Below are positions 26,622-36,358 of a stretch of 64,000 nt of DNA, in pieces (position 1 is the stretch's first letter; each line of letters starts with the position of its first letter). The notes under the pieces were generated by a model, which was given only the letters and a program-made list of their open reading frames with translations, was not told where the DNA came from and did no database searches. The DNA comes from Nitrosomonadales bacterium (GTDB lineage: Bacteria; Pseudomonadota; Gammaproteobacteria; Burkholderiales; SG8-39), in NCBI GenBank assembly GCA_005240145.1, contig SBAS01000074.1, positions 1,712 through 65,711 on the forward strand, written 5' to 3'. The position numbers and the translations under genes are program-made.

Positions 26622-27338
26622 CTGAAGATTTCGGTCGTCGTCCCGGCGTTCAACGAGGAGCGCCTGCTCGCCGCAACGCTGGCAGGCATCCGCGAGGCTG
26701 CGAATGCGTTCGACGATGGCGACTGGGAACTCATCGTCTGCGACAACAATTCCACCGACCGCACTGCCGCGATCGCGCGCGCGGCCGGGGCGCGCGTGGT
26801 GTTCGAACCGCACAACCAGATTTCGCGCGCGCGCAATCGCGGTGCCCAGGCCGCCGAGGGGGAATGGTTGCTCTTTATCGACGCGGATTGCCTGCCTACG
26901 CCTGATTTATTTTATGATTTCAAAGAAATCATTGAGCGCGGCGACGTACTTGCGGGCGGCAGCACTATCGCGCCCGAAGGCTCGCTCCAGTTCCGGATCG
27001 CGATCCACGCCTGGAATGCGCTCAGCCGCATGACGCGCTGGGCTGCCGGTTCCTTCGTGTTCTGCGAACGCTGCGCATTCGCCGAACTGCACGGGTTCAG
27101 CGAAGAGCTCTACGCGTCGGAGGAGATCGAGCTGTTCGGTCGGCTCAAGGACCTGGCGCGCCGGCGCGGAAAGAGTATCGAGATCCTGCATCGGCATCCC
27201 TTGCGCACCAGCGAACGCAAGCTGCTCCTCTACCGCCGCGGCGAACTGCTGGGATTTCTCGTCAAGTTCGTGCTGCGCCCGGGCCGGACGGTGCGCAGTC
27301 CTGCGGATTGCAAGCCCTGGTACGACGGGCGCCGCTAG
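26622..27338 (+). CDS. family 2 glycosyltransferase with no canonical start codon
   Basis: The frame opens at 26613 after a TGA. It reads (L)KISVVVPAFNEERLL...CDNNSTD...FIDADC, GT-A motifs. The first ATG, GTG or TTG in frame is at 26796, after the essential N-terminal motifs. CTG at 26622 or ATT at 26628 are the candidate starts, 1-7 nt after the bclA stop. Confidence 0.65.
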   Translation: MKISVVVPAFNEERLLAATLAGIREAANAFDDGDWELIVCDNNSTDRTAAIARAAGARVVFEPHNQISRARNRGAQAAEGEWLLFIDADCLPTPDLFYDFKEIIERGDVLAGGSTIAPEGSLQFRIAIHAWNALSRMTRWAAGSFVFCERCAFAELHGFSEELYASEEIELFGRLKDLARRRGKSIEILHRHPLRTSERKLLLYRRGELLGFLVKFVLRPGRTVRSPADCKPWYDGRR

Positions 27339-27341
27339 CCT

Positions 27342-28964
27342 TCAATAACCGATGGCGGCACCGTCGCTGCGCGGATCCGCGCCGCCGATGCGCATGCCGC
27401 TGTGCGGGTCGATGACGATGCCGTGGGCGTGGCCAGCGAGCTCGTTCCATTCGCCCCAGCGATTGAGCAGGTGGCCGCGGCGCGCCAGCTCGTCGAGCGT
27501 TGCGGGGGCGAAGCGGCCTTCGATGTGCAGCGTGTCGCGCTCTTCGCCGAGCCCGAAGCGTCCCGAGAGCCAGCGCGGCGCCTGTACCGCCTCCTGGATG
27601 TCGCAGCCGAAATCCATCATCGCGACGTAGGCCTGCACATGGATCTGCGGCTGGCCGTCCGCGCCCATGCCGCCCACGACGCTCCAGAGCTTGCCGTCGC
27701 GAAAGCCGAGCGAGGCGATCAGGGTGTGCAGCGGCGTCTTGCCGGGCTCGAGCCGGTTCGGATGCTGCGGGTCGAGAGAAAAGTAGGCGCCGCGGTTCTG
27801 CAGCACCACGCCGGTGCTGCCCGCGACCACCGTTGAGCCGAACACGCCGTACAGGCTGTTGATGAGCGAAGCGGCGTTGCCCTCTTCGTCCACGGCTGCG
27901 ATGTAGACGGTGTCGCCCTTCAGGCTGCCATAGGAGGGCACGCGGTCCCAGGGCAGTGCGCGTGCAGGGTCGATCAGCGCACGGCGTTCGCCTGCGTACG
28001 CTTTCGAGATCAGCCGCTGCATCGGTACTTCGGCGAAGCGCGGATCGGCGAGCCAGCGGTCGCGGTCGTGATACGAAATCTGCTTCGCCTGCACCAGCAG
28101 GTGGGCGTGGTCGGGACCGAGGAATTCCTTGCGGTGCAGTTCCAGCGGCTCGATCAGGTTGAGCATCTGCAGCACCGTGAAGCCCTGGGTCGGCGCGGGC
28201 GTCTGGTACAGGGTCAGGCCGCGATAGCTGCCGCTGATCGGCTCGCCCCAGCGTGCGGTCTGCGCCGCGAAGTCTGCGGTGTCGAAGAAGCCGCCGCGCT
28301 CCCTGGCGAAGCGCTCGAACTCCTGCGCCACGCCGCCTTCGTAGAATCCGGCCCGGCCGCCTTGCGCCAGCGCTTCGAGCGTGCGCGCCAGGTCCGGGTT
28401 GGCGATTCTCGCTCCGATGCGCGGTGTGGCGCCGCCGAGAAGGAAGATCGCCGCTGCTTCGGCCTGCTGCGCGAGCTCGGCCGCCGTCTGGCCGATCCAC
28501 CCGGCGAGGCGCGCGGTAAGCGGGAAACCGTCGCGCGCGTAGGCAATGGCGGCCTCCAGGTTGCGGGCCAGCGGCAGGCGCCCATAGGCTGCGTGCGCCT
28601 CGCACCAGCTTGCGACCGCGCCGGGGGTGGTGACGGTGGCCGGCAGGATGCCGCGAAACGGGATCTCCGTCATGCCGCGCGCGGCGAACCAGTCGAGGCT
28701 CGCGTTTGCGGCGCCCCGCCCGCCGCCGTCGAGAAAGCGAACCTTTTTCGTCCTGGCGTCGTAGATCAGCCAGAACGCGTCCCCGCCCAGTCCGGTCATG
28801 TGCGGGTAGAGCACGGACAGGGCGGCACTGGCGGCGATGGCGGCATCCACTGCCGAGCCGCCGGCGCGCAGCGCATCGACGCCGGCCTGGGACGCGAGCG
28901 CGTGGGAGCAGCTGACCATGCCCCTGGGCGAGCGGGCCGCCGGCCTGACGGTGTCGATGGTCAC
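27342..28964 (-). CDS. ggt: gamma-glutamyltransferase family protein
   Basis: 540 aa with ...LYPHMTGLGGDAF..., the autoprocessing threonine region GDTVYIAAVD and GGMGADGQPQ. Confidence 0.9.
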   Translation of the reverse strand: MTIDTVRPAARSPRGMVSCSHALASQAGVDALRAGGSAVDAAIAASAALSVLYPHMTGLGGDAFWLIYDARTKKVRFLDGGGRGAANASLDWFAARGMTEIPFRGILPATVTTPGAVASWCEAHAAYGRLPLARNLEAAIAYARDGFPLTARLAGWIGQTAAELAQQAEAAAIFLLGGATPRIGARIANPDLARTLEALAQGGRAGFYEGGVAQEFERFARERGGFFDTADFAAQTARWGEPISGSYRGLTLYQTPAPTQGFTVLQMLNLIEPLELHRKEFLGPDHAHLLVQAKQISYHDRDRWLADPRFAEVPMQRLISKAYAGERRALIDPARALPWDRVPSYGSLKGDTVYIAAVDEEGNAASLINSLYGVFGSTVVAGSTGVVLQNRGAYFSLDPQHPNRLEPGKTPLHTLIASLGFRDGKLWSVVGGMGADGQPQIHVQAYVAMMDFGCDIQEAVQAPRWLSGRFGLGEERDTLHIEGRFAPATLDELARRGHLLNRWGEWNELAGHAHGIVIDPHSGMRIGGADPRSDGAAIGY

Positions 28965-28972
28965 CCGTTACT

Positions 28973-30325
28973 TCAGTAGTGAAACTCTGCGAACACCAGG
29001 CGGTTCTCCTTCAGCGGCCAGGAACGTACCACGATGCGCTCGTCGTTGAAGATTGCCGTCACGCTACGCACCGCCCTTTCGTTCAACTTCAGTTTCGCGG
29101 CCGATACTCCCGCCACTCCAGGCGGTACGCCGGGCGGCGGGTTCACGCCGTCCAGGCTCATGCTGTCTCGGCCCACGCCGTAATAGCCGCGCGGCCGGTT
29201 CATGGTGACTACGCTAGCCGCTTCCCTGTCGGCATCCACGATCCGTGCCGGGCGCATATGGATGATATTGGAGGAGCGCGGAAAGGGGGAGCGATAGATA
29301 TGCGTCAGCGCGAACCCGGCGGCGCCGATGACGAACTCATAACTCACGTTGGGCTTGGCGTTGAACGGGCCCCACTGGCCGTCGTCGCCCACGGTTTTGG
29401 CGTGCACGGCCTTGCCGATGCGCTCGCCGCTTTGCGAGGCGGTCTCGAAGATCTCGAGGGACGCACCCGGGAGCGGGAGGTTGTTCGGGCTCGTGCCCTG
29501 GAAGTCGGTGATGCGGCCATCGAGCACGATCGTGGATTCCGGCGCGATGCTGCCGCGCCCCGGTAGCGCCCCAGTGATGAAGCGAAAGGTCTGCGCGAAG
29601 GCTTCCGGGTGGTAGGACACTTCACGGTGATCGCGTCCGGGCAGGACCACGTTCAGCGCGCCCTTAAGCGTCGGGCCGTCGTAGGCGACGTGGGTTTGCA
29701 TCTTCGGCTGCCCGATCCAGCGCCCGTCGGGCTGAGCGAACTTGTCGTAGTTGTCCGAGCGCAGCGTCATGAAGGCCACGCCCGGCGTCACTTCCAGGCC
29801 TTCTGGCCCCTGCGCGCTGTTCAGGGCAGTGAGGAAAGGACCCTTGCCGTTGAACTCGTTGCCGGGGCTGAAATCGCCCGCCCAGACGCCGTGATTGGGG
29901 GTGCCGCCGAGAATGGCATGCGACACGGTGGCCGCGCCGCCGCCATTGCGGATGTAGTTGCGAATGGCATTGCCGCCGCGCGAGTTGGCGACAAGGACCA
30001 CTTTTTCGGCCCCGGTGAGCTTGCGCACGCGTGCGACTTCAGCGGCGAGATGCTGCATGCTTTCAGCGGAGCTGCTGCGGCCTGCCTGCGGTTTTGCATC
30101 GTCGTCGCGCGCGAGCGGGTAGGGCAGGTCGAGCGCGAACAGGCGCTCGCGCGGCCAGCCGTTGGACTCGAAGCGCCAGGCCATCGCGTGCCAGAGTGCG
30201 GCGGTGTCACCGTTACCGTGGACGAAGACGACCGGCGGATTCGATTTTCTCGTCGCATCGCCCGCGCAACCGGCGAGCAGCGTCGCGAGGATCAGGCCAA
30301 AGAGGGAACGTCGGGTCAGGTTCAT
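28973..30325 (-). CDS. lipoprotein, alpha/beta-hydrolase (lipase-like) N-domain plus C-terminal beta-rich domain
   Basis: MNLTRRSLFGLILATLLAGC lipobox, PVVFVHGNGD and VLVANSRGG (nucleophile-elbow-like). The ATG at 30325 has AAGGA upstream. Confidence 0.6.
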   Translation of the reverse strand: MNLTRRSLFGLILATLLAGCAGDATRKSNPPVVFVHGNGDTAALWHAMAWRFESNGWPRERLFALDLPYPLARDDDAKPQAGRSSSAESMQHLAAEVARVRKLTGAEKVVLVANSRGGNAIRNYIRNGGGAATVSHAILGGTPNHGVWAGDFSPGNEFNGKGPFLTALNSAQGPEGLEVTPGVAFMTLRSDNYDKFAQPDGRWIGQPKMQTHVAYDGPTLKGALNVVLPGRDHREVSYHPEAFAQTFRFITGALPGRGSIAPESTIVLDGRITDFQGTSPNNLPLPGASLEIFETASQSGERIGKAVHAKTVGDDGQWGPFNAKPNVSYEFVIGAAGFALTHIYRSPFPRSSNIIHMRPARIVDADREAASVVTMNRPRGYYGVGRDSMSLDGVNPPPGVPPGVAGVSAAKLKLNERAVRSVTAIFNDERIVVRSWPLKENRLVFAEFHY

Positions 30326-30342
30326 CGCGGCGGTCCTTTCGT

Positions 30343-31356
30343 TCAATGCCGGATGCAGACTTTGCCGAAGTGCGCGCCATTTTTGAGGTGGGCCATCGCT
30401 TCCTTCAACTGTTCGAACTGGAACACTTTATCCGTGACCGGCTGCAGCCTGTGCTGGTCGATGGCGCGCAGCATGGCTTCGAAGCCGTCGCGGTTGCCGA
30501 CCGTGATCCCCTGCAGCCTCACCTGGCGCGTGACTACCAGGCCCAGGGGCGCCGAGAGCATGCCGCCGGAAAGTACGCCGATCATCGAGAGCGTCCCGCC
30601 CGGACGGATACAACGTAGCGACTGCGGCAAAGTCTTTTCGCCGCCGAGTTCGAGGATGTGGTCGTAGCCGCGTCCCGCGGTGACCTCGCGCGTTGCCTTG
30701 TACCACTCCGGCGTCGTCCGGTAGTTGATCGCCGCGTCTGCGCCGAGCGTCTTCGCGCGCGCGATCTTTTCGTCGCTCGAGGAAATTACGGTGACCTGCG
30801 CGCCGCGCAGCTTGGCGAACTGCAGCGCGAAGAGCGCCACTCCGCCCGTGCCCTGCACCAGCACGCGAGAGCCCGGTCCGAGGTTGTCGTGCGTCACGAT
30901 GGCGCTCCAGGCGGTGAGCGCGGCGCAGGGCAGGGAAGCTGCCTGCTCGTCGCTCAAGTGCGCCGGCACCTTCGAAACACCCGCCTCCGGCAGGACCATG
31001 TACTCGGCCATGGTGCCGTCCACCGGCCCGCCGAGGGAGCGCGACAAGCGCTCCGGCGTGGGCTCGCCGCTGATCCAGGCCTGCGCGAATAGCGGGCAGA
31101 CCCTGTCGCCGGGCTTGGCGCGCGTGACGCCGGCACCGGCCTCTACGACCTCGCCCACGCCATCCGAAATCGGAATCAGGGGCAGCGTTCCGGTATGCGA
31201 ACCGTAGGCGCGCATCGGCACCACCAGGTCGCGGTAGTTGAGCGAAGCCGCCTTCATGCGCAGCAGCACCTGGCCGGGGCCCGGCCTGGGGTCCGGGCGC
31301 GTCGCAAGGCGCAGATGCTCCATGGACCAGTCGTCCTGAATCTGGAAAACTCTCAT
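30343..31356 (-). CDS. NADPH:quinone oxidoreductase / zinc-type alcohol dehydrogenase family
   Basis: MRVFQIQDD...VLLRMKAASLNYRD...VLVQGTGGVALFALQFAK. Confidence 0.85.
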   Translation of the reverse strand: MRVFQIQDDWSMEHLRLATRPDPRPGPGQVLLRMKAASLNYRDLVVPMRAYGSHTGTLPLIPISDGVGEVVEAGAGVTRAKPGDRVCPLFAQAWISGEPTPERLSRSLGGPVDGTMAEYMVLPEAGVSKVPAHLSDEQAASLPCAALTAWSAIVTHDNLGPGSRVLVQGTGGVALFALQFAKLRGAQVTVISSSDEKIARAKTLGADAAINYRTTPEWYKATREVTAGRGYDHILELGGEKTLPQSLRCIRPGGTLSMIGVLSGGMLSAPLGLVVTRQVRLQGITVGNRDGFEAMLRAIDQHRLQPVTDKVFQFEQLKEAMAHLKNGAHFGKVCIRH

Positions 31357-31378
31357 GCGCACATTGTAGTAAAGTGGC

Positions 31379-31401
31379 GATTGTTTGGGGCCCAAACAAT
31401 C
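31379..31401. promoter_or_regulatory. perfect 11-bp inverted repeat immediately upstream of the hcrC start
   Basis: GATTGTTTGGG-g-CCCAAACAATC ends 3 nt before the ATG at 31405. It occupies the position where a Shine-Dalgarno would be expected. Confidence 0.4.
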
Positions 31402-31404
31402 GGC

Positions 31405-31899
31405 ATGAACGCTGTTCCCGACCGGGTACACCTAAGGTACGTCGTCAACGGCGAGGATACCCCTGTCTCCTTCGCGCCCTACAAGACGCTGCTCGAAGTG
31501 CTGCGCGAAGACCTCGATCTCACCGGTACCAAGCACGGCTGCGAGCTGGGCGAGTGCGGCGCCTGCACGGTGCTGCTTGATGGCCAGCCGGTGCTCTCCT
31601 GTCTCGTGCTCGCGCTGGAATGCGGGGGGCGCCGGATCGAGACCATCGAGGGCCTCGCGCGCGGCCCCGAGCTGCATCCGCTGCAGGCCGCCTTCGCCGA
31701 CTTCGGCGGCTCGCAGTGCGGCTACTGCACGCCGGGCGTGATCATGACGGCGAAGGCCCTTCTTGATCAGAATCCGAATGTGACCAGAGATCAGATCAGA
31801 GAGGCCACGGCCGGCAATCTGTGCCGCTGCACCGGCTACCTGCAGATCACCGAGGCGATCGAGGATGCCGCGCGGGTGCTCCGGGCGGAACGCAAATGA
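31405..31899 (+). CDS. hcrC: 4-hydroxybenzoyl-CoA reductase-like, [2Fe-2S] gamma subunit
   Basis: GCELGECGACTV...CGYCTPG...NLCRCTGY, the two 2Fe-2S motifs of xanthine-oxidase-family small subunits. Confidence 0.8.
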   Translation: MNAVPDRVHLRYVVNGEDTPVSFAPYKTLLEVLREDLDLTGTKHGCELGECGACTVLLDGQPVLSCLVLALECGGRRIETIEGLARGPELHPLQAAFADFGGSQCGYCTPGVIMTAKALLDQNPNVTRDQIREATAGNLCRCTGYLQITEAIEDAARVLRAERK

Positions 31900-34352
31900 A
31901 CGCCCCGACGCCCGGGAAGAAGCTCGAAGTCGTCGGCAAGCCACGCCGGCGAGTCGACGGCCGCGCCAAGGTCACCGGGGCGCTGCGTTTCGCCGACGAC
32001 CTGTCTCTGCCGCGCATGCTCCACTGCAAGCTGCTGCGTTCGCCGCACCCGCACGCCATCGTCGAGCAGGTGAACGTCGAAAGGGCTGCCGCGCATCCGG
32101 GCGTGTACCTCGTGCTGACGAACAAGGATTTTCCGGTGCCGTTCGGCATCATGCCTGTGGCGGTCGATGAATACCCGCTCACCGCGCACGTGCGCCACGT
32201 GGGCGATCCCGTCGCCGCCGTGATTGCAGTGGACGAGCAGACCGCCGATGACGCCCTGCGTTTGATCGAAGTTCGCTATCGTCCGCTGAAGACGATTTCA
32301 GATCCAATTGAGGCACTCGACAATCCTGAACCCCGCATTCATGAGTACGGCGAGCGGGGCAACATCCACCGCAACCAGTCCTACGAGTTCGGCGACGTGG
32401 ACGAGGCGCTGGCGAAGTCGGACCACGTCTTCGAGGATGTTTTTTTCTACCAGGGCAACACGCACCTGCCGATGGAGCAGCAGGCCACGCTTGCGAACCT
32501 GGAAGGCGACGGCAAGCTGCTCGTCAGCTCCAGCACGCAGAACCCGCATTACCTGCACCGCCAGCTCGCGCGTGTTCTGCAGATCCCGGAAGCGCGCATC
32601 CGCGTCATCGCTTCGCCCAATGGCGGTGGCTTCGGCGGCAAGTGCGACCCAGCCAACCACGAGATGGTGGTGGCGAAGGCGGCGCTGGTGCTGGGCCGGC
32701 CGGTCAAGATCGGCCTGACGCGCGAGGAGGTGTTTTACCAGCACCGCGGCCGCCATCCGGTGCTGATGAAAATGCGCACTGGCGTGACGAAGGACGGCAA
32801 GCTCACCGCCATGCACCTGCAGACGCTGCTCGATGGCGGCGGCTACGGCTCGCACGGCCCGGCGAGTACTTTCTATACGGGTGTACTGACGCCCGTGACC
32901 TACGAGCTGCCGCGCTTCAAGTTCGAGGCCTGCCGGACTTTCACCAACAAGCCTGCCTGCGGCCCCAAGCGCGGCCACGGCACGCCGCAGCCGCGCTTCG
33001 GCCAGGAAGTGCAACTCGACAAGATCGCCGAGAAGCTGAAGATGGACCCGGCCGAACTGCGCCTGGGCATGGTCACCAAGGCGAATTCGCTCACGGCGAA
33101 CTGGCTGAACGTGGGCTCTACGGCCCTGGACCAGTGCATCCGGGAAGTTGTTTCGCGGTCAAAATGGAAAGACAGATATAGAAAGCAGCAATACGGAAGA
33201 GGACTCGGCCTCGCCTGCAGCACCTACATGTGCGGCGCCGGCCTGCCGATCTACTGGAACAAGCTGCCGCATTCGGGCGTGCAGCTGCTGCTCGATCGCA
33301 GCGGCCAGGTGACGGTGTATTGCGGCGCGACCGAAATCGGGCAAGGCTCGGACGACGTGCTGGCGACCATCGTCGCGGAAGTTCTGGGCATCGACACGGG
33401 CCTCGTGCGCTGCGTCACTGGCGACACCGGCATCACGCCGGTGGACCTGGGCTCTTACTCCAGCCGCGTCACCATCATGATGGGAAATGCCGCCGTGCAG
33501 GCGGCCGAGCGAGTCAGGGCGCAGCTCGCCGACGCGGTCGCCGAGAAGCTCGAAGTGCTGCCCGGGAGCCTTGTGTTCTCGCGCGGCAAGGTCTTCCATC
33601 CCGGGAACGCCGACGGCATTTCCTTCCGCGAAGCGGTGGAGATGGCGGAGTCGAAATTCGGTACCATTGGCGCGGTGGGCTCGTACTCGCCGCCAAAGCC
33701 GCCGGGCCGGTACAAGGGCTCCGGGGTCGGGCCGTCGCCCGCCTACAGTTTCTCGGCCTGCGTGGTGGAAGTCGGGGTGGACCCGAAGACCGGCTGGATC
33801 GAAGTGCCGAAGATCTGGATCGCGCACGACATCGGCCGCACGCTCAATCCCGTGCTCGCGCGCGGGCAGGTGATCGGCGGCGTGTACATGGGCCTCTCGG
33901 AAGCGCTGATGGAAGAGCAGGCGTTCCGGCGCCTGCCGGAGAAGCTCTCCTCGGCCCTGGTGCACAAGATGCCATCGATGCTCGAGTACAAGAGCCTCAC
34001 CGCGCTCGACATGCCCGAGGTGGACGTGGCGCTGATCGAGGATCCGGATCCGAACTGCCCATTTGGCGCCAAGGAAGTCGGCCAGGGGCCGCTGCTGCCC
34101 GTGATGCCCGCGCTGGTCAACGCGATCTTCGACGCGGTGGGCGTGAGAATCGATGAGATTCCCGTGACGCCGGACAAGGTTCTCAGAGCATTGGAACTCA
34201 AATCGAAAGGTCTTGCCCCCAGGGTGGGGCCGGACCATTTCCCGTCTGTTCCCTATCCGGAGCCCGTCTACGTCATCACGCCGGAAGAGGGCGGCGACGG
34301 CAAGGAGACCAAGAAGGAGGCAAGGAAGCGTGCTGCGGCTGCCGTGGTTTGA
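31896..34352 (+). CDS. hcrA: 4-hydroxybenzoyl-CoA reductase-like, molybdopterin alpha subunit
   Basis: 818 aa from the ATG at 31896 (ATGA overlap with hcrC). Motifs of the aldehyde-oxidase/xanthine-dehydrogenase large subunit (GGGFGGK, GQGSDDV, AKEVGQGP). Confidence 0.8.
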   Translation: MNAPTPGKKLEVVGKPRRRVDGRAKVTGALRFADDLSLPRMLHCKLLRSPHPHAIVEQVNVERAAAHPGVYLVLTNKDFPVPFGIMPVAVDEYPLTAHVRHVGDPVAAVIAVDEQTADDALRLIEVRYRPLKTISDPIEALDNPEPRIHEYGERGNIHRNQSYEFGDVDEALAKSDHVFEDVFFYQGNTHLPMEQQATLANLEGDGKLLVSSSTQNPHYLHRQLARVLQIPEARIRVIASPNGGGFGGKCDPANHEMVVAKAALVLGRPVKIGLTREEVFYQHRGRHPVLMKMRTGVTKDGKLTAMHLQTLLDGGGYGSHGPASTFYTGVLTPVTYELPRFKFEACRTFTNKPACGPKRGHGTPQPRFGQEVQLDKIAEKLKMDPAELRLGMVTKANSLTANWLNVGSTALDQCIREVVSRSKWKDRYRKQQYGRGLGLACSTYMCGAGLPIYWNKLPHSGVQLLLDRSGQVTVYCGATEIGQGSDDVLATIVAEVLGIDTGLVRCVTGDTGITPVDLGSYSSRVTIMMGNAAVQAAERVRAQLADAVAEKLEVLPGSLVFSRGKVFHPGNADGISFREAVEMAESKFGTIGAVGSYSPPKPPGRYKGSGVGPSPAYSFSACVVEVGVDPKTGWIEVPKIWIAHDIGRTLNPVLARGQVIGGVYMGLSEALMEEQAFRRLPEKLSSALVHKMPSMLEYKSLTALDMPEVDVALIEDPDPNCPFGAKEVGQGPLLPVMPALVNAIFDAVGVRIDEIPVTPDKVLRALELKSKGLAPRVGPDHFPSVPYPEPVYVITPEEGGDGKETKKEARKRAAAAVV

Positions 34353-35322
34353 TTACCGCGCCCCGCGCACGGTCGCGGAGGCGGCGAAGATCCTCGCCGG
34401 CGAGGGTCCGCAGGCGATGCTGATCGCCGGCGGCACCGACCTGCTGCCGAACATGAAGCGCCGGCACCAGACGCCGAAGGTTCTCGTGTCGTTGAAAGCC
34501 GTGGACGGACTCAAGAAGGTGAACGGAACGCTCGGCGCAGGCCTGACCCTTGCAGAACTTCTGAAAATTGAAGGCATACCAACCGCGCTGCGTCAGGCTG
34601 CCGCCCAGGTCGCCACGCCTCATCTGCGCAACGCGGGCACGCTCGGCGGCAACCTTTGCCTCGACACGCGCTGCACCTACTACAACCAGAACTACGAATG
34701 GCGACAGGCGATCGATTTCTGCCTGAAAAAGGACGGCGACACCTGCTGGGTCGCCACCGCGAGCAAGCGCTGCGTCGCGGTCTCCTCGACGGACACGGCT
34801 CCGGCATTGATTGTTTTGAATGCGGAAATAAAACTTGAAAGCACAGGCGGGGACCGGTGGATCCCGGTCGAAGCCCTCTACAAGAACGACGGCATCGACT
34901 ACCTCTCCCGGAAGCCGGACGAGATCCTGACCGAAGTGAAAATTCCCGGTGGCTGGAAGAGCGCCTACTGGAAGCTGCGCCGGCGCGGCTCGTTCGACTT
35001 TCCGATTCTGGGGGTTGCCGTTGCCTTGAAGTTTTCAGGCAAAGCCATAGAAGACGCCCGCGTCGCACTGGGCGCAGCCGCGTCCAGGCCGTTTCTTGTG
35101 GAGAAGGCCGGGAATTACCTGAAAGGCAAGGAACTTACCGACGAGGTGATCGCGGAGGCATCGGCGTTGATCGCCAACCGCGCCAAGCCCATGGACAACA
35201 CCGACATGGACCTTTACTGGCGCAAGGAAGTCGCCGACGATTTCGCGGCGTACGCGCTGAAGGAACTCAGAGGCGATGACATGCGCGAGACGCGACTGCG
35301 CATCGCGCGCCACGCTGTCTAG
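34330..35322 (+). CDS. hcrB: 4-hydroxybenzoyl-CoA reductase-like, FAD beta subunit with [4Fe-4S] insertion loop
   Basis: FAD-binding [10 protein letters not shown] and [10 protein letters not shown], plus the insertion [34 protein letters not shown], i.e. C-x15-C-x7-C-x8-C. From memory, that spacing matches the extra cluster of Thauera HcrB. GTG start at 34330. Confidence 0.8.
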   Translation: MLRLPWFDYRAPRTVAEAAKILAGEGPQAMLIAGGTDLLPNMKRRHQTPKVLVSLKAVDGLKKVNGTLGAGLTLAELLKIEGIPTALRQAAAQVATPHLRNAGTLGGNLCLDTRCTYYNQNYEWRQAIDFCLKKDGDTCWVATASKRCVAVSSTDTAPALIVLNAEIKLESTGGDRWIPVEALYKNDGIDYLSRKPDEILTEVKIPGGWKSAYWKLRRRGSFDFPILGVAVALKFSGKAIEDARVALGAAASRPFLVEKAGNYLKGKELTDEVIAEASALIANRAKPMDNTDMDLYWRKEVADDFAAYALKELRGDDMRETRLRIARHAV

Positions 35323-36308
35323 ACGCGTAGCGCGCCTACCTCGGCGAGAATCTCGTAGGAGCGTTTGCGCGCGGCATGGTCATAGACAGCCGTGACGACC
35401 ATCATTTCGTCCACCCCGGTAAGCGCGACGAACTCGTCCAGCCCGCGCTTTATCGCCTCCGGCCGGCCCACGATCGCGTAGCGCAGCATGCCGGAGGCCT
35501 GTGCCTTTTCCATCGGCGACCAATAGGTTTCGATGTCGTCGATCGGCGGCTGCATCTTGCCCCTGCGGTTGCGCACCATGTTCGTGAACTGCTGCTGCAC
35601 GCTGGTGAAGAGGCGCCGCGCGGTGGCATCGGTGTCCGCGGCGACGACATGGGCGCCGGCCATCGCGTAGGGCTTGCGCAGCTGCGCCGAGGGCTTGAAC
35701 GTGCTGCGGTAGACCTCGAGCGCCGGCAGCAGGTCGTTGGGCGCGAAGTGCGAAGCAAAAGCGTAGGGCAGGCCGAGCATGGCGGCGAGCTGCGCGCCAT
35801 AGAGGCTCGAGCCGAGGATCCACAGCGGCACGTTCGAATCCGCGCCGGGGACCGCGACGATGCGCTGCCCTTCCTCAATCGGGCCGAGCAGCGCCTGCAG
35901 TTCGAGCACGTCCTGCGGAAAATCCTCGGCGTTCGCGTAGTCGCGCCGCAGCGCGCGCACCGTCATCTGGTCGGTGCCCGGCGCGCGCCCCAGGCCGAGG
36001 TCGATCCGTCCCGGGTACAGCGCATCCAGGGTGCCGAACTGCTCGGCGATCACCAGCGGAGAATGGTTCGGCAGCATGATGCCGCCCGCGCCGACGCGGA
36101 TCGTCGAGGTGCCGCCCGCGAGGTGGCCGATGACCACCGAGGTCGCCGCGCTTGCGATGCCGCGCATGTTGTGGTGCTCCGCCACCCAGTAACGCGTATA
36201 CCCCAGCCGCTCGGCATGCCGGGCGAGGTCGAGCGAATTGCGCAGCGCATCGCCGGGCGTTGCGCCTTCCACGATCGGCGCGAGGTCGAGAATCGAAAGG
36301 GGAATCAT
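35319..36308 (-). CDS. LLM-class (luciferase-like) flavin-dependent oxidoreductase
   Basis: [12 protein letters not shown]...YWVAEHHNM...[10 protein letters not shown]. Confidence 0.85.
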   Translation of the reverse strand: MIPLSILDLAPIVEGATPGDALRNSLDLARHAERLGYTRYWVAEHHNMRGIASAATSVVIGHLAGGTSTIRVGAGGIMLPNHSPLVIAEQFGTLDALYPGRIDLGLGRAPGTDQMTVRALRRDYANAEDFPQDVLELQALLGPIEEGQRIVAVPGADSNVPLWILGSSLYGAQLAAMLGLPYAFASHFAPNDLLPALEVYRSTFKPSAQLRKPYAMAGAHVVAADTDATARRLFTSVQQQFTNMVRNRRGKMQPPIDDIETYWSPMEKAQASGMLRYAIVGRPEAIKRGLDEFVALTGVDEMMVVTAVYDHAARKRSYEILAEVGALRV

Positions 36309-36358
36309 GCGTTCAATTCTATCCGCGCGTGCGGCGCGGCTTCTGGTCTAATTGCGAA

